Shown: one piece after another, positions 39,621-49,379 of the stretch
Numbering within the stretch: the stretch's first letter is position 1
Layout: every line of letters starts with the position of its first letter
Assembly (NCBI GenBank): GCA_963737905.1
Contig: CAVTUQ010000002.1
Location: 480,001-544,000, forward strand
Direction: 5' to 3'
DNA length: 64,000 bases
Source of the DNA: an uncultured delta proteobacterium
GTDB taxonomy: Bacteria > Desulfobacterota > Binatia > UBA9968
Notes under the pieces: model-generated
Seen by the model: the letters and a program-made list of their open reading frames with translations, nothing else
Told to the model about the DNA's origin: nothing
Databases searched by the model: none
Made by a program: the position numbers and the translations under genes

Positions 39621-39790
39621 GCAACTATTTTATAAGAACCTCGGAAGAACGCAATCTGATTTTAAATACGCGCCTGGGTTACGAAATGGTCTCAGCAGCG
39701 CTTCCAACTTCTCGTTTCCACAGCCGAGGTCTTTGACGTTTGCTTATTTTTGGGTTTCGAACTGGCATGGTTTTTATTCTCAGTAATTGA

Positions 39791-39972
39791 GCGATTGGAA
39801 CAACTGGAACTTTGGAACGCTTGGAACCTGCGTCAGCCCGAAACGTTTTGCATGAAGCAAAGCGGTTGAACGATTGGAACGCCTGGAACGGACTGATCCC
39901 CGTGATGAACGGAGCAAAGCGGTGGAACCCTTCGATAGAACTGAGGGCAGGCGTTTGGAACGGCTGGAACGG
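39791..39972. repeat. Array of 9-bp-period (T/C)TGGAAC / TTGAAC repeats
   Basis: About ten GAAC units; GAACGGAGCAAAGCGG resembles 17298-17319. Confidence 0.78.
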
Positions 39973-40054
39973 GCTTTCTGTTTGCCTTAGAGCGTCGGTT
40001 TCAATACAAAAAAGCTGCTCCTAAGCTCTTAAATCGCGCCATTTATACAATGTT

Positions 40055-40545
40055 CTATCGCTGAATCAATGGGTTGCTCTGGGCGACCCGGTGCCGCGCT
40101 CGCTCACATGCTTGGGCTAAGTCCTGTTGTAGGCGCTCAGCTAGTGCAGCCGGTGTGTGGAATTGAGAGACGCGACGCGAGCGGCTCAACGGATGGCGGA
40201 TATCGTGATGCCAGATAACCTCCCCGTTGGTCGAATACAAAAACGGGACCCGGTAACCCCGGAAGTTCAGCGGATTGCTTGTCGCCCCTTTTGAGTAGCG
40301 CTCGGCTTGGGTCAGGACATTTTGCGGACCAAGCGTGACTCTCGTCGCTTCGACGATGCCGAGAATCTGGCCGGAAACACACAGTGCATAGTCTGCTGGT
40401 CCATTCTCTGTCGGGTACTCTCGAACGGCGCATTTATCGTAAGCTGCAAGTGGCCTACGCGGATCGAAATCAACGATCGTCCACCCAGCCCAGGTAAGCT
40501 CTGGATCAATCCTCTCCCTCCGGGTTCTTCGTTCGCTCTCTTCGG
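40055..40545 (-). pseudogene. hsdR: N-terminal fragment of type I restriction enzyme HsdR
   Basis: Manual translation ESERRTRRERIDPEL..AGW...VREYPTENGPADYAL...GIVEA...QAERYS...PFLYSTNG; ends before the helicase domains. Confidence 0.8.
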
Positions 40546-40833
40546 AGATAAGACAAATTCAAGCTCAGCGGATTTTAAGCGATTGCGCGAGTTATATTCA
40601 ATGGTGGTGAAATCAAGGGGTTTTGTGTGGCGCCGGAGATACCAAATTTGCCAGAACCTGAGATGGCGCGGCGCGTTAAGACAAGGATGAATGATCAAAG
40701 CTGCAAGAGGGAAGAAACCACCGTGATCGTGAACCGGAGAACTGTCGTGTTCGTGACTCGGACAAAACACGTGCTCGTGATCAGGGATGGTCCCCAGCCA
40801 AACCGTAATTGCCCCGACTATAAAATTTGAGGC

Positions 40834-40862
40834 ATTCTAGCCGTATGGCCCGGATCTGACAA
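40834..40862 (-). promoter_or_regulatory. Sigma70-like promoter TTGTCA-N17-TAGAAT
   Basis: Direct reading; related copy at 42164-42192. Confidence 0.5.
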
Positions 40863-41127
40863 GGATTTTGTCCGTCCTTCAGCGTGAGCGAGAGAACCGT
40901 CTCTATGGATTCGGATTCCTTTTAGAGAATTAACGTAGGCGGACTCGGGAGGGGATTGCTGTCTTAATAGTGAACAGTTTTGAAAAAAAATTATCCTTGA
41001 GGAAAAGACCGTGCGGCTTGGTCTTATCCATAAACCCGGTATCCCGGATCTGACAAGGGAATTCTTAAAGGGCTAGCGGATAAAGTAGGAACCTTCAGGG
41101 ACGACCATACCTCAGAACCTTGCGATC

Positions 41128-41616
41128 CTAGGCTGCTCTCTTCTTCTTGAGGGAAAACTCGATCTGATAGCCAGCGAGTTCTGCCAGCCGAATGAGCTGG
41201 AGGATCTGTTTGGAGGCCTTGTTTTCTTGGAGCAAGCGCACCACCTGGGACGGAGAAGTATCAAGAGCGTCCGCAATCACACGAACGGATAGCCGGGAAG
41301 TCGAGAGCTTGTCCTTCAGTGCGCTCTTTAGCTGATTCAACGGCGACCAATGGTAGGTGGGATCACAATAGTACAAGACGAAGTCAGCCGGGAAATCCCC
41401 CTTTGATCCATCTTCGAGAAGAAAGGACACCGCTTGGTCACCCAGCTCGCGATCTATCGTGATCGACGTAAATCGATTCCTACTGCTAATCTTCACATCC
41501 CTGAAAACCGCGAAGGGTAAACTGTAGCTCTTTATCTTCTTTCCATCCCGCAGAGTGACCTCCAGTACGTTCTTTCGGTAGTTCGGTTTGATTTCCTTGA
41601 ATTTCGGGTTTCTCAT
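41128..41616 (-). CDS. Antitoxin-like protein with C-terminal HTH
   Basis: SVRVIADALDTSPSQVVRLL; lies behind a DUF4160-like gene. Confidence 0.65.
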   Translation of the reverse strand: MRNPKFKEIKPNYRKNVLEVTLRDGKKIKSYSLPFAVFRDVKISSRNRFTSITIDRELGDQAVSFLLEDGSKGDFPADFVLYYCDPTYHWSPLNQLKSALKDKLSTSRLSVRVIADALDTSPSQVVRLLQENKASKQILQLIRLAELAGYQIEFSLKKKRAA

Positions 41617-41806
41617 AGAATCCCCCTCTTTCCGTAAAGTCTCCAAAGCCTTCTTTCGCCTCCGGCGTCATCTTTCCCTCCATCACCGTCCACGTTTCGT
41701 TATTGAACTTGAGAAGGCGCTTCTTGTCCTCAAACACATGAACGTGCTTTGGATCGTGGTCCGTGGAAAACAGCACGACTATGACGCCATGACGCTTCCA
41801 CCGACC
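41613..41806 (-). pseudogene. DUF4160-like small toxin, frameshifted or start lost
   Basis: GRWKRHGVIVVLFSTDHDPKHVHV motif. Confidence 0.6.
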
Positions 41807-42163
41807 CCTAGATACGTGTACCCAAAAAATGTGACAGTTGTCAAGGAAGCCGTGGAGGCTGGTGCGGGCTTCTACACCCTGTGTAATATTTGGGTTCGGC
41901 TTGAATAGTGAAGGTCGGTCGAAACTTGGGTCAGGAGCTTTGAAGGTCGAGCCGGAGTAATTAGCAACAAATTACCGCGGAAAACTTATCGTGAAACTTC
42001 GACGTTTCGAGAATTCTCGAAACACCGAAATGTCAGGTGACACCCTTACGGGATCGCAGACCTGAATGGGATTACCGAAATCTGCGGACACCGGAACACC
42101 ACCGTGATCGTACTCGTGATCCGTGGTCGCCCCGTCTAAAACTGCCACCTCTAAAATAGCGGC

Positions 42164-42192
42164 ATTCTAGCGATCTGACCGTTTGCTGGCAA
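42164..42192 (-). promoter_or_regulatory. Sigma70-like promoter TTGCCA-N17-TAGAAT
   Basis: Direct reading; related copy at 40834-40862. Confidence 0.5.
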
Positions 42193-42249
42193 GGGAATTT
42201 TTAAAGGGAAAATTACGGCTTGCTGAGGTTTGCCGAAGCCTAAATCAAA

Positions 42250-42979
42250 CTAGGGCTCCCATCGATACAGATGTACCGGGACCGGCTCACCTTCACTAAC
42301 GAGCGCAGCCTCGTAACCGTCGCATACATTCAGTTCGGCCAATGACCAGCCGGGCACGTTTGCGTTGATCCGCACGTGCTTCTCGCCAGCGAGGGTAATT
42401 TCCACTTCGTCCAATTGCCCCGAAAGACCCGTGCCTTTGGCTTTTAGGAAAGCTTCTTTGCTTGTCCAACACTTGTAGAACGCCTCCCTCTGGAGATGGA
42501 GGTGGAAGAGCATGAAGCGCTGCCACTTCTCTGGGTGTAAAGAATCGTTGGGCCACCTCGTCGAATGCGAAATCTTCTCTAACCCGCTCCACATCAACGC
42601 CGATTTCTCGGCCTCGGGTCACAGCGATAAGCACCCTCTCGTGGGAGTGGGATAGATTAAACTCAAACTTCTTCTTGGCATGAATGGGCGCCAGTTTCGG
42701 CTTGTTGTAGGGACCCGAGTCAAACTGCAACTCCCGAGCAGCGCTGTTTACATAATTGGACAAGATCGATCTCAGCGCAGCATGAGCGACAACGTACCGT
42801 CGTCGGTCTGTTTCAAATTTGAATCTCGAGGCTCGCTCTTGCTCTGCCGAAGATAAAAGCCCTTCGAAATCTAGCGAAATCTTTTCACCGTTGGCTTGGA
42901 CCAGCCAAATATGAACTTCATTTTCGCTTATAGCGAGACTTGAGGAGGAGCCCGGTCGAACCAAAAACGGATTGAGCAT
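42250..42979 (-). CDS. Sfp-type 4'-phosphopantetheinyl transferase, 1-bp frameshift near 42500
   Basis: FNLSHS, IGVDVE, then WTSKEAFLKAKGTG in the next frame. Confidence 0.88.
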
Positions 42980-43056
42980 GCTAAGGTGCTTTTACCTGAT
43001 TCGCCCGCCCTAATCCACGGTTAATCGTGCCCGAATTATGATGCGATTCTGGCCAC

Positions 43057-43257
43057 TCAGGTCGCTTTGTGGGGAATTTCTTCTACGTAGATATCGAAGA
43101 CGGAGCCGGTGGGAAGATCGACGGTCTTGGTGTGCATCAGGTCGCCTTCGAAGAAAAACTCGATCCAGCTGCGGTTTTCGGAGACTCCGAGTATGATGCC
43201 GGCGACGCTTTTGATCGAGTCAATGATCTCGTCTCCGTTGGGGAGAGCTTCACCCAT
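43057..43257 (-). CDS. Small hypothetical protein (possibly truncated)
   Basis: GAGG RBS, 11 bp after the ligase stop. Confidence 0.55.
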   Translation of the reverse strand: MGEALPNGDEIIDSIKSVAGIILGVSENRSWIEFFFEGDLMHTKTVDLPTGSVFDIYVEEIPHKAT

Positions 43258-43268
43258 GCAATCGACCT

Positions 43269-44798
43269 CTAGTTCGAGAGCAGCGTGTCGGCCTCTCGTA
43301 TTAGTTTTCCCGACGAAGTACGAGGCAGCGACTCACGGATAACGATCTTTTGCGGAACTTTGAAGTTTGCCAGATTACCACGCAGAAAGGTCAACAGCTC
43401 TTTCTCGACGATGTTATCTCCCGGCCGCGCCACTATGGCGGCGCCGATCACATGGCCACGCTTTGGATCCGGCATGGCGAAGACAACCGTCTCCTGTACA
43501 CCCGGATAGGTATAGATCAGATTTTCCACCTCGGCGGGATAAACGTTTAGTCCGCCGGTGATGATCATGTCGTCACGCCGCCCCAGATGATAGTAATAGC
43601 CGTCCGCTTCAACCTTGCCAACGTCGCCGGTGTAGAGCCAGCCATCGCGAACACGCGCTGCCGTTGCCTCCGGTTTTCGAAAATAGCCTTTCATCACATG
43701 CGGGCCGCGGGTGATAATTTCGCCCGGCTCGCCGATGGGCACTTCTTTGCCCGCCTCATCGACGATTTTGACCTCGACGCCGGGGACGGCCCGGCCAATG
43801 CTGCCCATCTTGGTTTCTGCCTTTTCCGGCTCGACCAATGTGATCATGGGCGACGTTTCGGTGAGTCCGTAGCCTTGGATGACTTTGATGTGGGGTTGAG
43901 CCGATTGGAACGCGCGTAGCAACGGCAACGGAATACTGGTCCCCATCATAGCGGCAATTTTAACGCTGCTAGTATCATAGCGGGCGAGGTCCCGCACTCC
44001 CAGGAGGAGCTGAAAGACAATGGGCACGCTTTCGAAGACCGTAACCCGATGTCTCTGAATGCCTTCTAAAAGCGTCACCGGATTGAGCTGGTCAAAAATC
44101 ACCAAAGTAAAACCTTTGTCCGCCACCTCATTGCAGACGATGGGTCCGACGATATGCGACATCGGCAGGACACAGCCCCTGATCGTAGAGCCATCAGTGA
44201 TGCCGATTTCACCCATCACACGGGGATACTGGGCAAGGTTTCGGTAGCTCAGCACTACGCCCTTGGGCTCCCCGGTGGTTCCGGAAGTGTAGAGAATCAA
44301 CGCGTCATCATCGGCGTGGAACTGGGGCGCACTGGCTGGCGCTGACGGCACGGAGAATCTCTTCTCGAAACTCTCATCGCCTTCCCCGTTGACCACCCAG
44401 AGGGGTATTCGCCCCAGCTCTTTGAAAGCTTCCTCCGCCTCGGCGCGCAGCTGCTGGTGCACGATGAGCAATTTGACAGCCGCATCCTTTAGAACACCTT
44501 GCAGCTCTTTTCCCTTTAGTCGTGCGTCGAGGATGACGGTCACCGCAGCGATCCTTTGGGTGGCGAAGTAGGTGAGAGGGATCGCAGCGCAATTCGGCAA
44601 CAGCACTCCGACGCGATCGCCTTGGCGAATGCCCGCCTGCTGCAGATGTGCCGCCAGTCCTTGCACCCGCTGGTTCAGATCCGCGAAAGTCAGTTTCTCA
44701 TCCTTGGTGATGATCGCGGTTTTGTGCGGCTGACGCTGTGCGGTCTTTTCCAGAACTTGCGCCGCGAAAAAGCCTACTGAGCCGGAATCGTTTGCCAT
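43269..44798 (-). CDS. Long-chain acyl-CoA ligase (class I adenylate-forming enzyme)
   Basis: YTSGTTGEPKG, GYGLTE, TGD, LPRTSSGK. Confidence 0.92.
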   Translation of the reverse strand: MANDSGSVGFFAAQVLEKTAQRQPHKTAIITKDEKLTFADLNQRVQGLAAHLQQAGIRQGDRVGVLLPNCAAIPLTYFATQRIAAVTVILDARLKGKELQGVLKDAAVKLLIVHQQLRAEAEEAFKELGRIPLWVVNGEGDESFEKRFSVPSAPASAPQFHADDDALILYTSGTTGEPKGVVLSYRNLAQYPRVMGEIGITDGSTIRGCVLPMSHIVGPIVCNEVADKGFTLVIFDQLNPVTLLEGIQRHRVTVFESVPIVFQLLLGVRDLARYDTSSVKIAAMMGTSIPLPLLRAFQSAQPHIKVIQGYGLTETSPMITLVEPEKAETKMGSIGRAVPGVEVKIVDEAGKEVPIGEPGEIITRGPHVMKGYFRKPEATAARVRDGWLYTGDVGKVEADGYYYHLGRRDDMIITGGLNVYPAEVENLIYTYPGVQETVVFAMPDPKRGHVIGAAIVARPGDNIVEKELLTFLRGNLANFKVPQKIVIRESLPRTSSGKLIREADTLLSN

Positions 44799-45778
44799 AT
44801 GGAAAACGCCCTTTGAAAAGGTTTATACCAGCGCGACAGTTGCGCCAGCTCGCCGCGTTTAAGCTTTAACTTTCCTTGCTGCGTGGCGAGAAAAGGATCG
44901 ATGCGGTTACTGAATACCGCTCTCCACCACTCCTCTTTGCCGCTGATCATGAACTCGCCATCTGTCCCCTGATTCAATTCAGTGATCTCACCGGCAACGA
45001 ATTTCACGGTCCAAGATATATCTGTTTCCTCCAGATGGAGCGTCAGGGACGTGGAAAGACTGGTCTCGCTGCCGTGATTGCGAAATGTCGGATCTTCATT
45101 GGCGTGTTCCACCAGCGCCGCCATGTGTTCCTGGGAAAACAAAACGTAGTTTTTGCCGTCAGCGAGCGATGCGGTTTTCCCGTTTTGCGCTTGACTCGGC
45201 TGCGAGCTTGCCCCGCGCGTCGCCGCGGCACCCTCCTTGAAAAACTGGCAGTGAACCGCCTCCTCAAGCAAATCTGTCAACAGAAAGGCTTCTTGAAGAT
45301 TCTTGCCGATCGCCACCGTGCCGTGACCCTTGATGATTACCACCGGATGATATTTAAGCCCTTCTACGACCGGCTCCGGTTTTGTCACCGTCGGCGTGTC
45401 CTGCGGGATGATGGCTACCTCGCCGATCGTGTATTTCTCTTCAAAACTGACCGGCACAAAACTCTCGTGGGTCAATGAAAAGGCCAGCACCATGGGCGGG
45501 TGGACATGGACGACGGCTTGGGCATCGGTGCCCTCATACACAGCTAGATGCAGCGGTGTTTCACTGGAGGGCCGCTGCTTTTCTCTCTGCGGCTTACCCT
45601 CCTGATTGATCCGTACGAGATCCTTCGGTGTCAAAAAGCCTAGGGCCGCCTGCCGTCCGGTGATAAGAAACTCTTTTTTGCCGACCCGGCAGCTCAGGTT
45701 ACCACCCCAGCCGCTGATGAGCCGCCGCTCGAAAAGCAGCTTGCCCCACCGAATCATTTCGCGTTCGGTCTTCGTCAT
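44774..45778 (-). CDS. Class II aldolase/adducin domain fused to a C-terminal SCP2 sterol/lipid-binding domain
   Basis: GGNLS, PSSETPLH, HVH, GHG zinc ligands; C-terminal W..VFSNRIDPFLATQQGKLKLKRG is SCP2-like; TGATG coupling to the MtnA-like gene. Confidence 0.82.
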   Translation of the reverse strand: MTKTEREMIRWGKLLFERRLISGWGGNLSCRVGKKEFLITGRQAALGFLTPKDLVRINQEGKPQREKQRPSSETPLHLAVYEGTDAQAVVHVHPPMVLAFSLTHESFVPVSFEEKYTIGEVAIIPQDTPTVTKPEPVVEGLKYHPVVIIKGHGTVAIGKNLQEAFLLTDLLEEAVHCQFFKEGAAATRGASSQPSQAQNGKTASLADGKNYVLFSQEHMAALVEHANEDPTFRNHGSETSLSTSLTLHLEETDISWTVKFVAGEITELNQGTDGEFMISGKEEWWRAVFSNRIDPFLATQQGKLKLKRGELAQLSRWYKPFQRAFSIWQTIPAQ

Positions 45779-47313
45779 CAGGCAGCTCCGCTGGCATCTT
45801 TGAATATCGTCCAAGGCAGAACTTCGCTCTCGAGGGGATACACGGAAACTCCTGCCGGGCAAATCTTCTGACCCAAGAAAGTCGACACATCAAGGTCCGC
45901 TCCGGAACCCTCTGGCATTTCCGACGCAAGCAACTCGATCGGTATCTTATGATGGCGTGCCAAGCGAACCGCCAGCAGCGAGCCACAAATCCCGCGTGGT
46001 CCTTGTTCGCTCAAGCCATCGTAAAATAAGCAGAGCTTGCGAATCTCGCCATGAGCAAACAGAAAACCCATCATGTTGTCGGAGATCAAAGTCGTCGGTG
46101 TATTGCGAGCAAGTAGTTCGCGAGCCACGACTCGAGGGCCCCATAGCTGGGGTCGCATTTCGGGAACTAAGACACTGTGCGCCTGCTCAGCCTTAAGCGC
46201 ATGGGCCAAGAATGGATAGTTCTGTTTATTCGGCACACCGTAAACTAATAGATACTGCGCCGGCGGCTGGCTGCCGTTTTGTGCGGCTGCCGATGGCATT
46301 TTCAGATATCTCTTCCGAAAGCTTTCCGGCGTGAAGAGGTCATCAAAACCCACTAAGGAACTTATCAAGAACGAAGGGGTTATGTCGAAGGCCGGATAAC
46401 GACAGGCGAGCTTTTCCGCGCCTTCCGCGACCAGCGGCCGTCCTTGAAATACGAGGATCTCAGCGGCTGGCCGCTCTTCAATCGTGACGTCATCGCCTTG
46501 GACCAAGCTACCGGGGTCCTGCACCAAGACGTGGAAAGGGATCCCGTACTCCTTCGCCATCAAGGCCAAAGGATACGTTCCGACCTTGTTGATCACGTCG
46601 CCATTCTGCGCGCAACGATCGGAACCCACGATAACTGCGTTGACTTCTCCCTTTTCCATAACCTGAGCAGCCGCGCAGTCCGGAATCAAGGATACCGAAA
46701 CGCCTGCCTGTGCCAGTTCCCACGCCGTGAGGCGTGATCCTTGTAGATAGGGTCGCGTTTCCGTGGCAATGACGGAGATCTCTTTGCCCGCCTCTCTACA
46801 CGACTGAGCCACCGCCACGAGCTCGCCACTGATGTTGCAGTGCGTCAGCACCCGTGCAGAAGCCGGTAGAATGGAGGCCGTGCGCTTGGCCCGGGAAAGC
46901 CGTGCTTGGACAATCTGTCCCACGAATCCATGCGCCTGTTCTACCACCCACTCGCCAACACTGCTGCCGGCCGGCAGTTCGGCGAGCCACCTGGAGAAAA
47001 AACCGAAGAGACCATTGAAATCGAAGGTCGGGCGCGCGGCGGAGAATTGCCGGGTCATTTGTACGAGCTGACTCTCTAGAGGGGCAGGGTCGTCACCTCG
47101 ATATTCCTGGGCTAGCAACGCACCACTGTAGAGAAAAGCGAGCACCTGTCCGAAAGCTCGGGTCTTCATCTCCCTAACGGCATCGACGGCGTGGGAAATT
47201 CCATCAATCCGAATGTATTCGATCCGCTCCGGGATCAAAGTTTCATCAAGGATTTTGAAGCCGCGCCCCTCCCACAAAACCGGTTCGAACAGCGGACTGT
47301 GCACGAGTTTCAT
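45778..47313 (-). CDS. MtnA-like (methylthioribose-1-phosphate) isomerase with a second degenerate eIF2B-like domain
   Basis: LTHCN, ETRPYLQGSRLTAWEL, GSDR...NKVGTY, PAFDITP; repeat unit EMRPQLWG...LISDNM. Confidence 0.85.
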   Translation of the reverse strand: MKLVHSPLFEPVLWEGRGFKILDETLIPERIEYIRIDGISHAVDAVREMKTRAFGQVLAFLYSGALLAQEYRGDDPAPLESQLVQMTRQFSAARPTFDFNGLFGFFSRWLAELPAGSSVGEWVVEQAHGFVGQIVQARLSRAKRTASILPASARVLTHCNISGELVAVAQSCREAGKEISVIATETRPYLQGSRLTAWELAQAGVSVSLIPDCAAAQVMEKGEVNAVIVGSDRCAQNGDVINKVGTYPLALMAKEYGIPFHVLVQDPGSLVQGDDVTIEERPAAEILVFQGRPLVAEGAEKLACRYPAFDITPSFLISSLVGFDDLFTPESFRKRYLKMPSAAAQNGSQPPAQYLLVYGVPNKQNYPFLAHALKAEQAHSVLVPEMRPQLWGPRVVARELLARNTPTTLISDNMMGFLFAHGEIRKLCLFYDGLSEQGPRGICGSLLAVRLARHHKIPIELLASEMPEGSGADLDVSTFLGQKICPAGVSVYPLESEVLPWTIFKDASGAA

Positions 47314-47340
47314 GTTTCTATCGCGACGCGAGCAACGGAT

Positions 47341-48075
47341 TCATAGAAAGCGTAGCGCTTGCTGCGCGACCTCAACCATCTTTTCTTCAGCGGCAAGAAA
47401 CAGCGGGTCGCGAAAACCAAACCTACCATAGAGACACTCGTCCGAAACCGCCAGAATGGCGCCGGCCTTCTTTTTTCTGAGTTGGGCAATCGTGAGGAAC
47501 GTGGACGTCACCATATCGATGCTCGTGACCCTCTGCTCGTTCAACTCCTGAATGAGCTCCGGCGTCTCCTGAAACAGAGCATCGGTGGTGAAAATCCAGC
47601 CCAGATGATGGCGAACGTTTAAGCTTTCGGCCGCCGCTTTCAGAGCCGCAACAATATCAGGGCTGGCAACCGTGGAAAAACTCTTGGGCACGTAGTAGCT
47701 CGTCGTTCCCTCGCCGCGGACCGCGCCGGTGACGATCACGAGATCACCGATCTTCACTTGATCCTGCAACGAACCGCAGCTGCCGATGCGAATCAACAAT
47801 TCCGCCCCTGCGGCGCAGAGGATTTCCGTAGTCATCGCCGTGTCCGGCGCAAAGCGCCCGCCGTTGCCGACGGTCACTCTTTTCCCCCCGAGGGTCCCCG
47901 TGTGCATCTCATAATCCAAAAACGTGAAATTCTTTGTCGGATGATCCAGCAGGCCGAGCACCATTTGACTCCGCTCTTTCGGTCCGGGGATCAGCGCATA
48001 GGGTCCGAGGGTATCGGATTTGAGACCCAACATCGCAAGCATTTTCTGCGGCGTGAAATGTGGCTCTTTGACCAT
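47341..48075 (-). CDS. Nucleoside phosphorylase (PNP_UDP_1, uridine phosphorylase-like)
   Basis: LIPGPKER, IRIGSCGSL, AVRGEGTT, TTDALF, DM, AVSD. Confidence 0.88.
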   Translation of the reverse strand: MVKEPHFTPQKMLAMLGLKSDTLGPYALIPGPKERSQMVLGLLDHPTKNFTFLDYEMHTGTLGGKRVTVGNGGRFAPDTAMTTEILCAAGAELLIRIGSCGSLQDQVKIGDLVIVTGAVRGEGTTSYYVPKSFSTVASPDIVAALKAAAESLNVRHHLGWIFTTDALFQETPELIQELNEQRVTSIDMVTSTFLTIAQLRKKKAGAILAVSDECLYGRFGFRDPLFLAAEEKMVEVAQQALRFL

Positions 48076-48079
48076 GGAT

Positions 48080-49318
48080 TCAGAGCGCCTGGGAAACAAA
48101 CTCCAGCAGATCCTGCGTTGGCAGAGCGTCATGGGAGCAGTTAGCGAAGCTCCGCTGGCATAAGGCGCTTGAGGTTAAAACTAGTTCCGCACCGGTGTCA
48201 TTGGCTTCGCGCATCCGGTCCTCGGCGTTCCACTGCGCCAGCTCCGGGTACGCCTCCGGCACACCACCACCACCGCCACAACACCAAGCCCAACGCTGAT
48301 TACGTTCCATCTCCACCAACTCAATTCCTGGAATGGAGCGCAAAATAGTCCTCGGCGCTTGGTAGACGCCACAGCCACGGCCAAGATGGCACGAGTCATG
48401 ATACGTGACTTTTTTCCGCATGGTCTTGCTGAATTGCAGCCGGTTAGTTTTCACCAGATCTTCGACGTATTCGACACCATGAAGAACCGAGATTTTGAAC
48501 TCCGCTTTCTTGGCATACTGCTGCCAAATGCGCCGGCAACTCCCGCAGGCAACCACAACTTTGCCGATCCCGGCTTCCTTGATCCTGCTCAGGTTCTCGT
48601 TCTCCAACCGGTCGTACTCCCGCCGGAACCCCAGATCAAAAGCGTAGAGGCCACAACATTTTTCCTCGTCGCCCAGAATAACAAAATCTTCATCGGCTTT
48701 TTTCATTAGCTTCGCGAGAGCGATGGCACCCGCTCTTCCACTGTTGCCATCCGCCGAACAGCCGGCGAAGAGCAGTGTGGTGGCACCGCCGCTGCCGAGC
48801 TTTTTCAATCCCAGTTCGTTTGCCCAAAGCCCCCGCTCGGCTTGGGGCCGCGACCATGGATGGTCATATTGTTGCAGACCCTCGAAGAGCGGGCGATGGG
48901 CTTCGATGGGTCCGTCCTTTTCGGTCATTTCCTCACGCATCGCGACCGTGATGTCCCAGGGCCCATATCCGTCGTCACGCACCCCACAGAGCTCCTGACA
49001 CATCAGACAGTTTGTGCATGTATACATGACTTCCTTGAGTTCGGGTGTGATGGTATCCAGCCCATGAAACACGCGCTGCGCCATGAGCCAGCGCGACTTC
49101 GGCGTAAATCTTTGAAAGCGATAGAACTCGTAGGGCGGACACTTGCTCTTCGGCCCCGGAACATCCTCCATCGGATTGGCAGGGCCATGACCGTAACAGG
49201 AGCCGCACAGGACACAGCCCGCGCTGCGCTCTTCGAGCCCCTTGGCATAGAGCCACTTTTTGACTCGTTCGAGGCCGTGCGGTTTGTTGGTGTCGCTTTT
49301 CACAGGAATTAGGTCCAC
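48080..49318 (-). CDS. Fe-S oxidoreductase (4Fe-4S + two CCG domains; GlcF/HdrD-like)
   Basis: CVLCGSC, CTNCLMCQELC, EKCCG, YHDSCHLGR, CCGGGGG. Confidence 0.88.
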   Translation of the reverse strand: MDLIPVKSDTNKPHGLERVKKWLYAKGLEERSAGCVLCGSCYGHGPANPMEDVPGPKSKCPPYEFYRFQRFTPKSRWLMAQRVFHGLDTITPELKEVMYTCTNCLMCQELCGVRDDGYGPWDITVAMREEMTEKDGPIEAHRPLFEGLQQYDHPWSRPQAERGLWANELGLKKLGSGGATTLLFAGCSADGNSGRAGAIALAKLMKKADEDFVILGDEEKCCGLYAFDLGFRREYDRLENENLSRIKEAGIGKVVVACGSCRRIWQQYAKKAEFKISVLHGVEYVEDLVKTNRLQFSKTMRKKVTYHDSCHLGRGCGVYQAPRTILRSIPGIELVEMERNQRWAWCCGGGGGVPEAYPELAQWNAEDRMREANDTGAELVLTSSALCQRSFANCSHDALPTQDLLEFVSQAL

Positions 49319-49379
49319 GTGAGAATACTTTAAGCGTTAACTTTATAACCTGTAAATAACTCCTGTCAACAAACCCGAG

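Noticed and set aside
40307-40770. Track ORFs 40307-40690 (+) and 40312-40770 (-)
   Set aside because: Shadow frames over the hsdR fragment and the repeated non-coding module.
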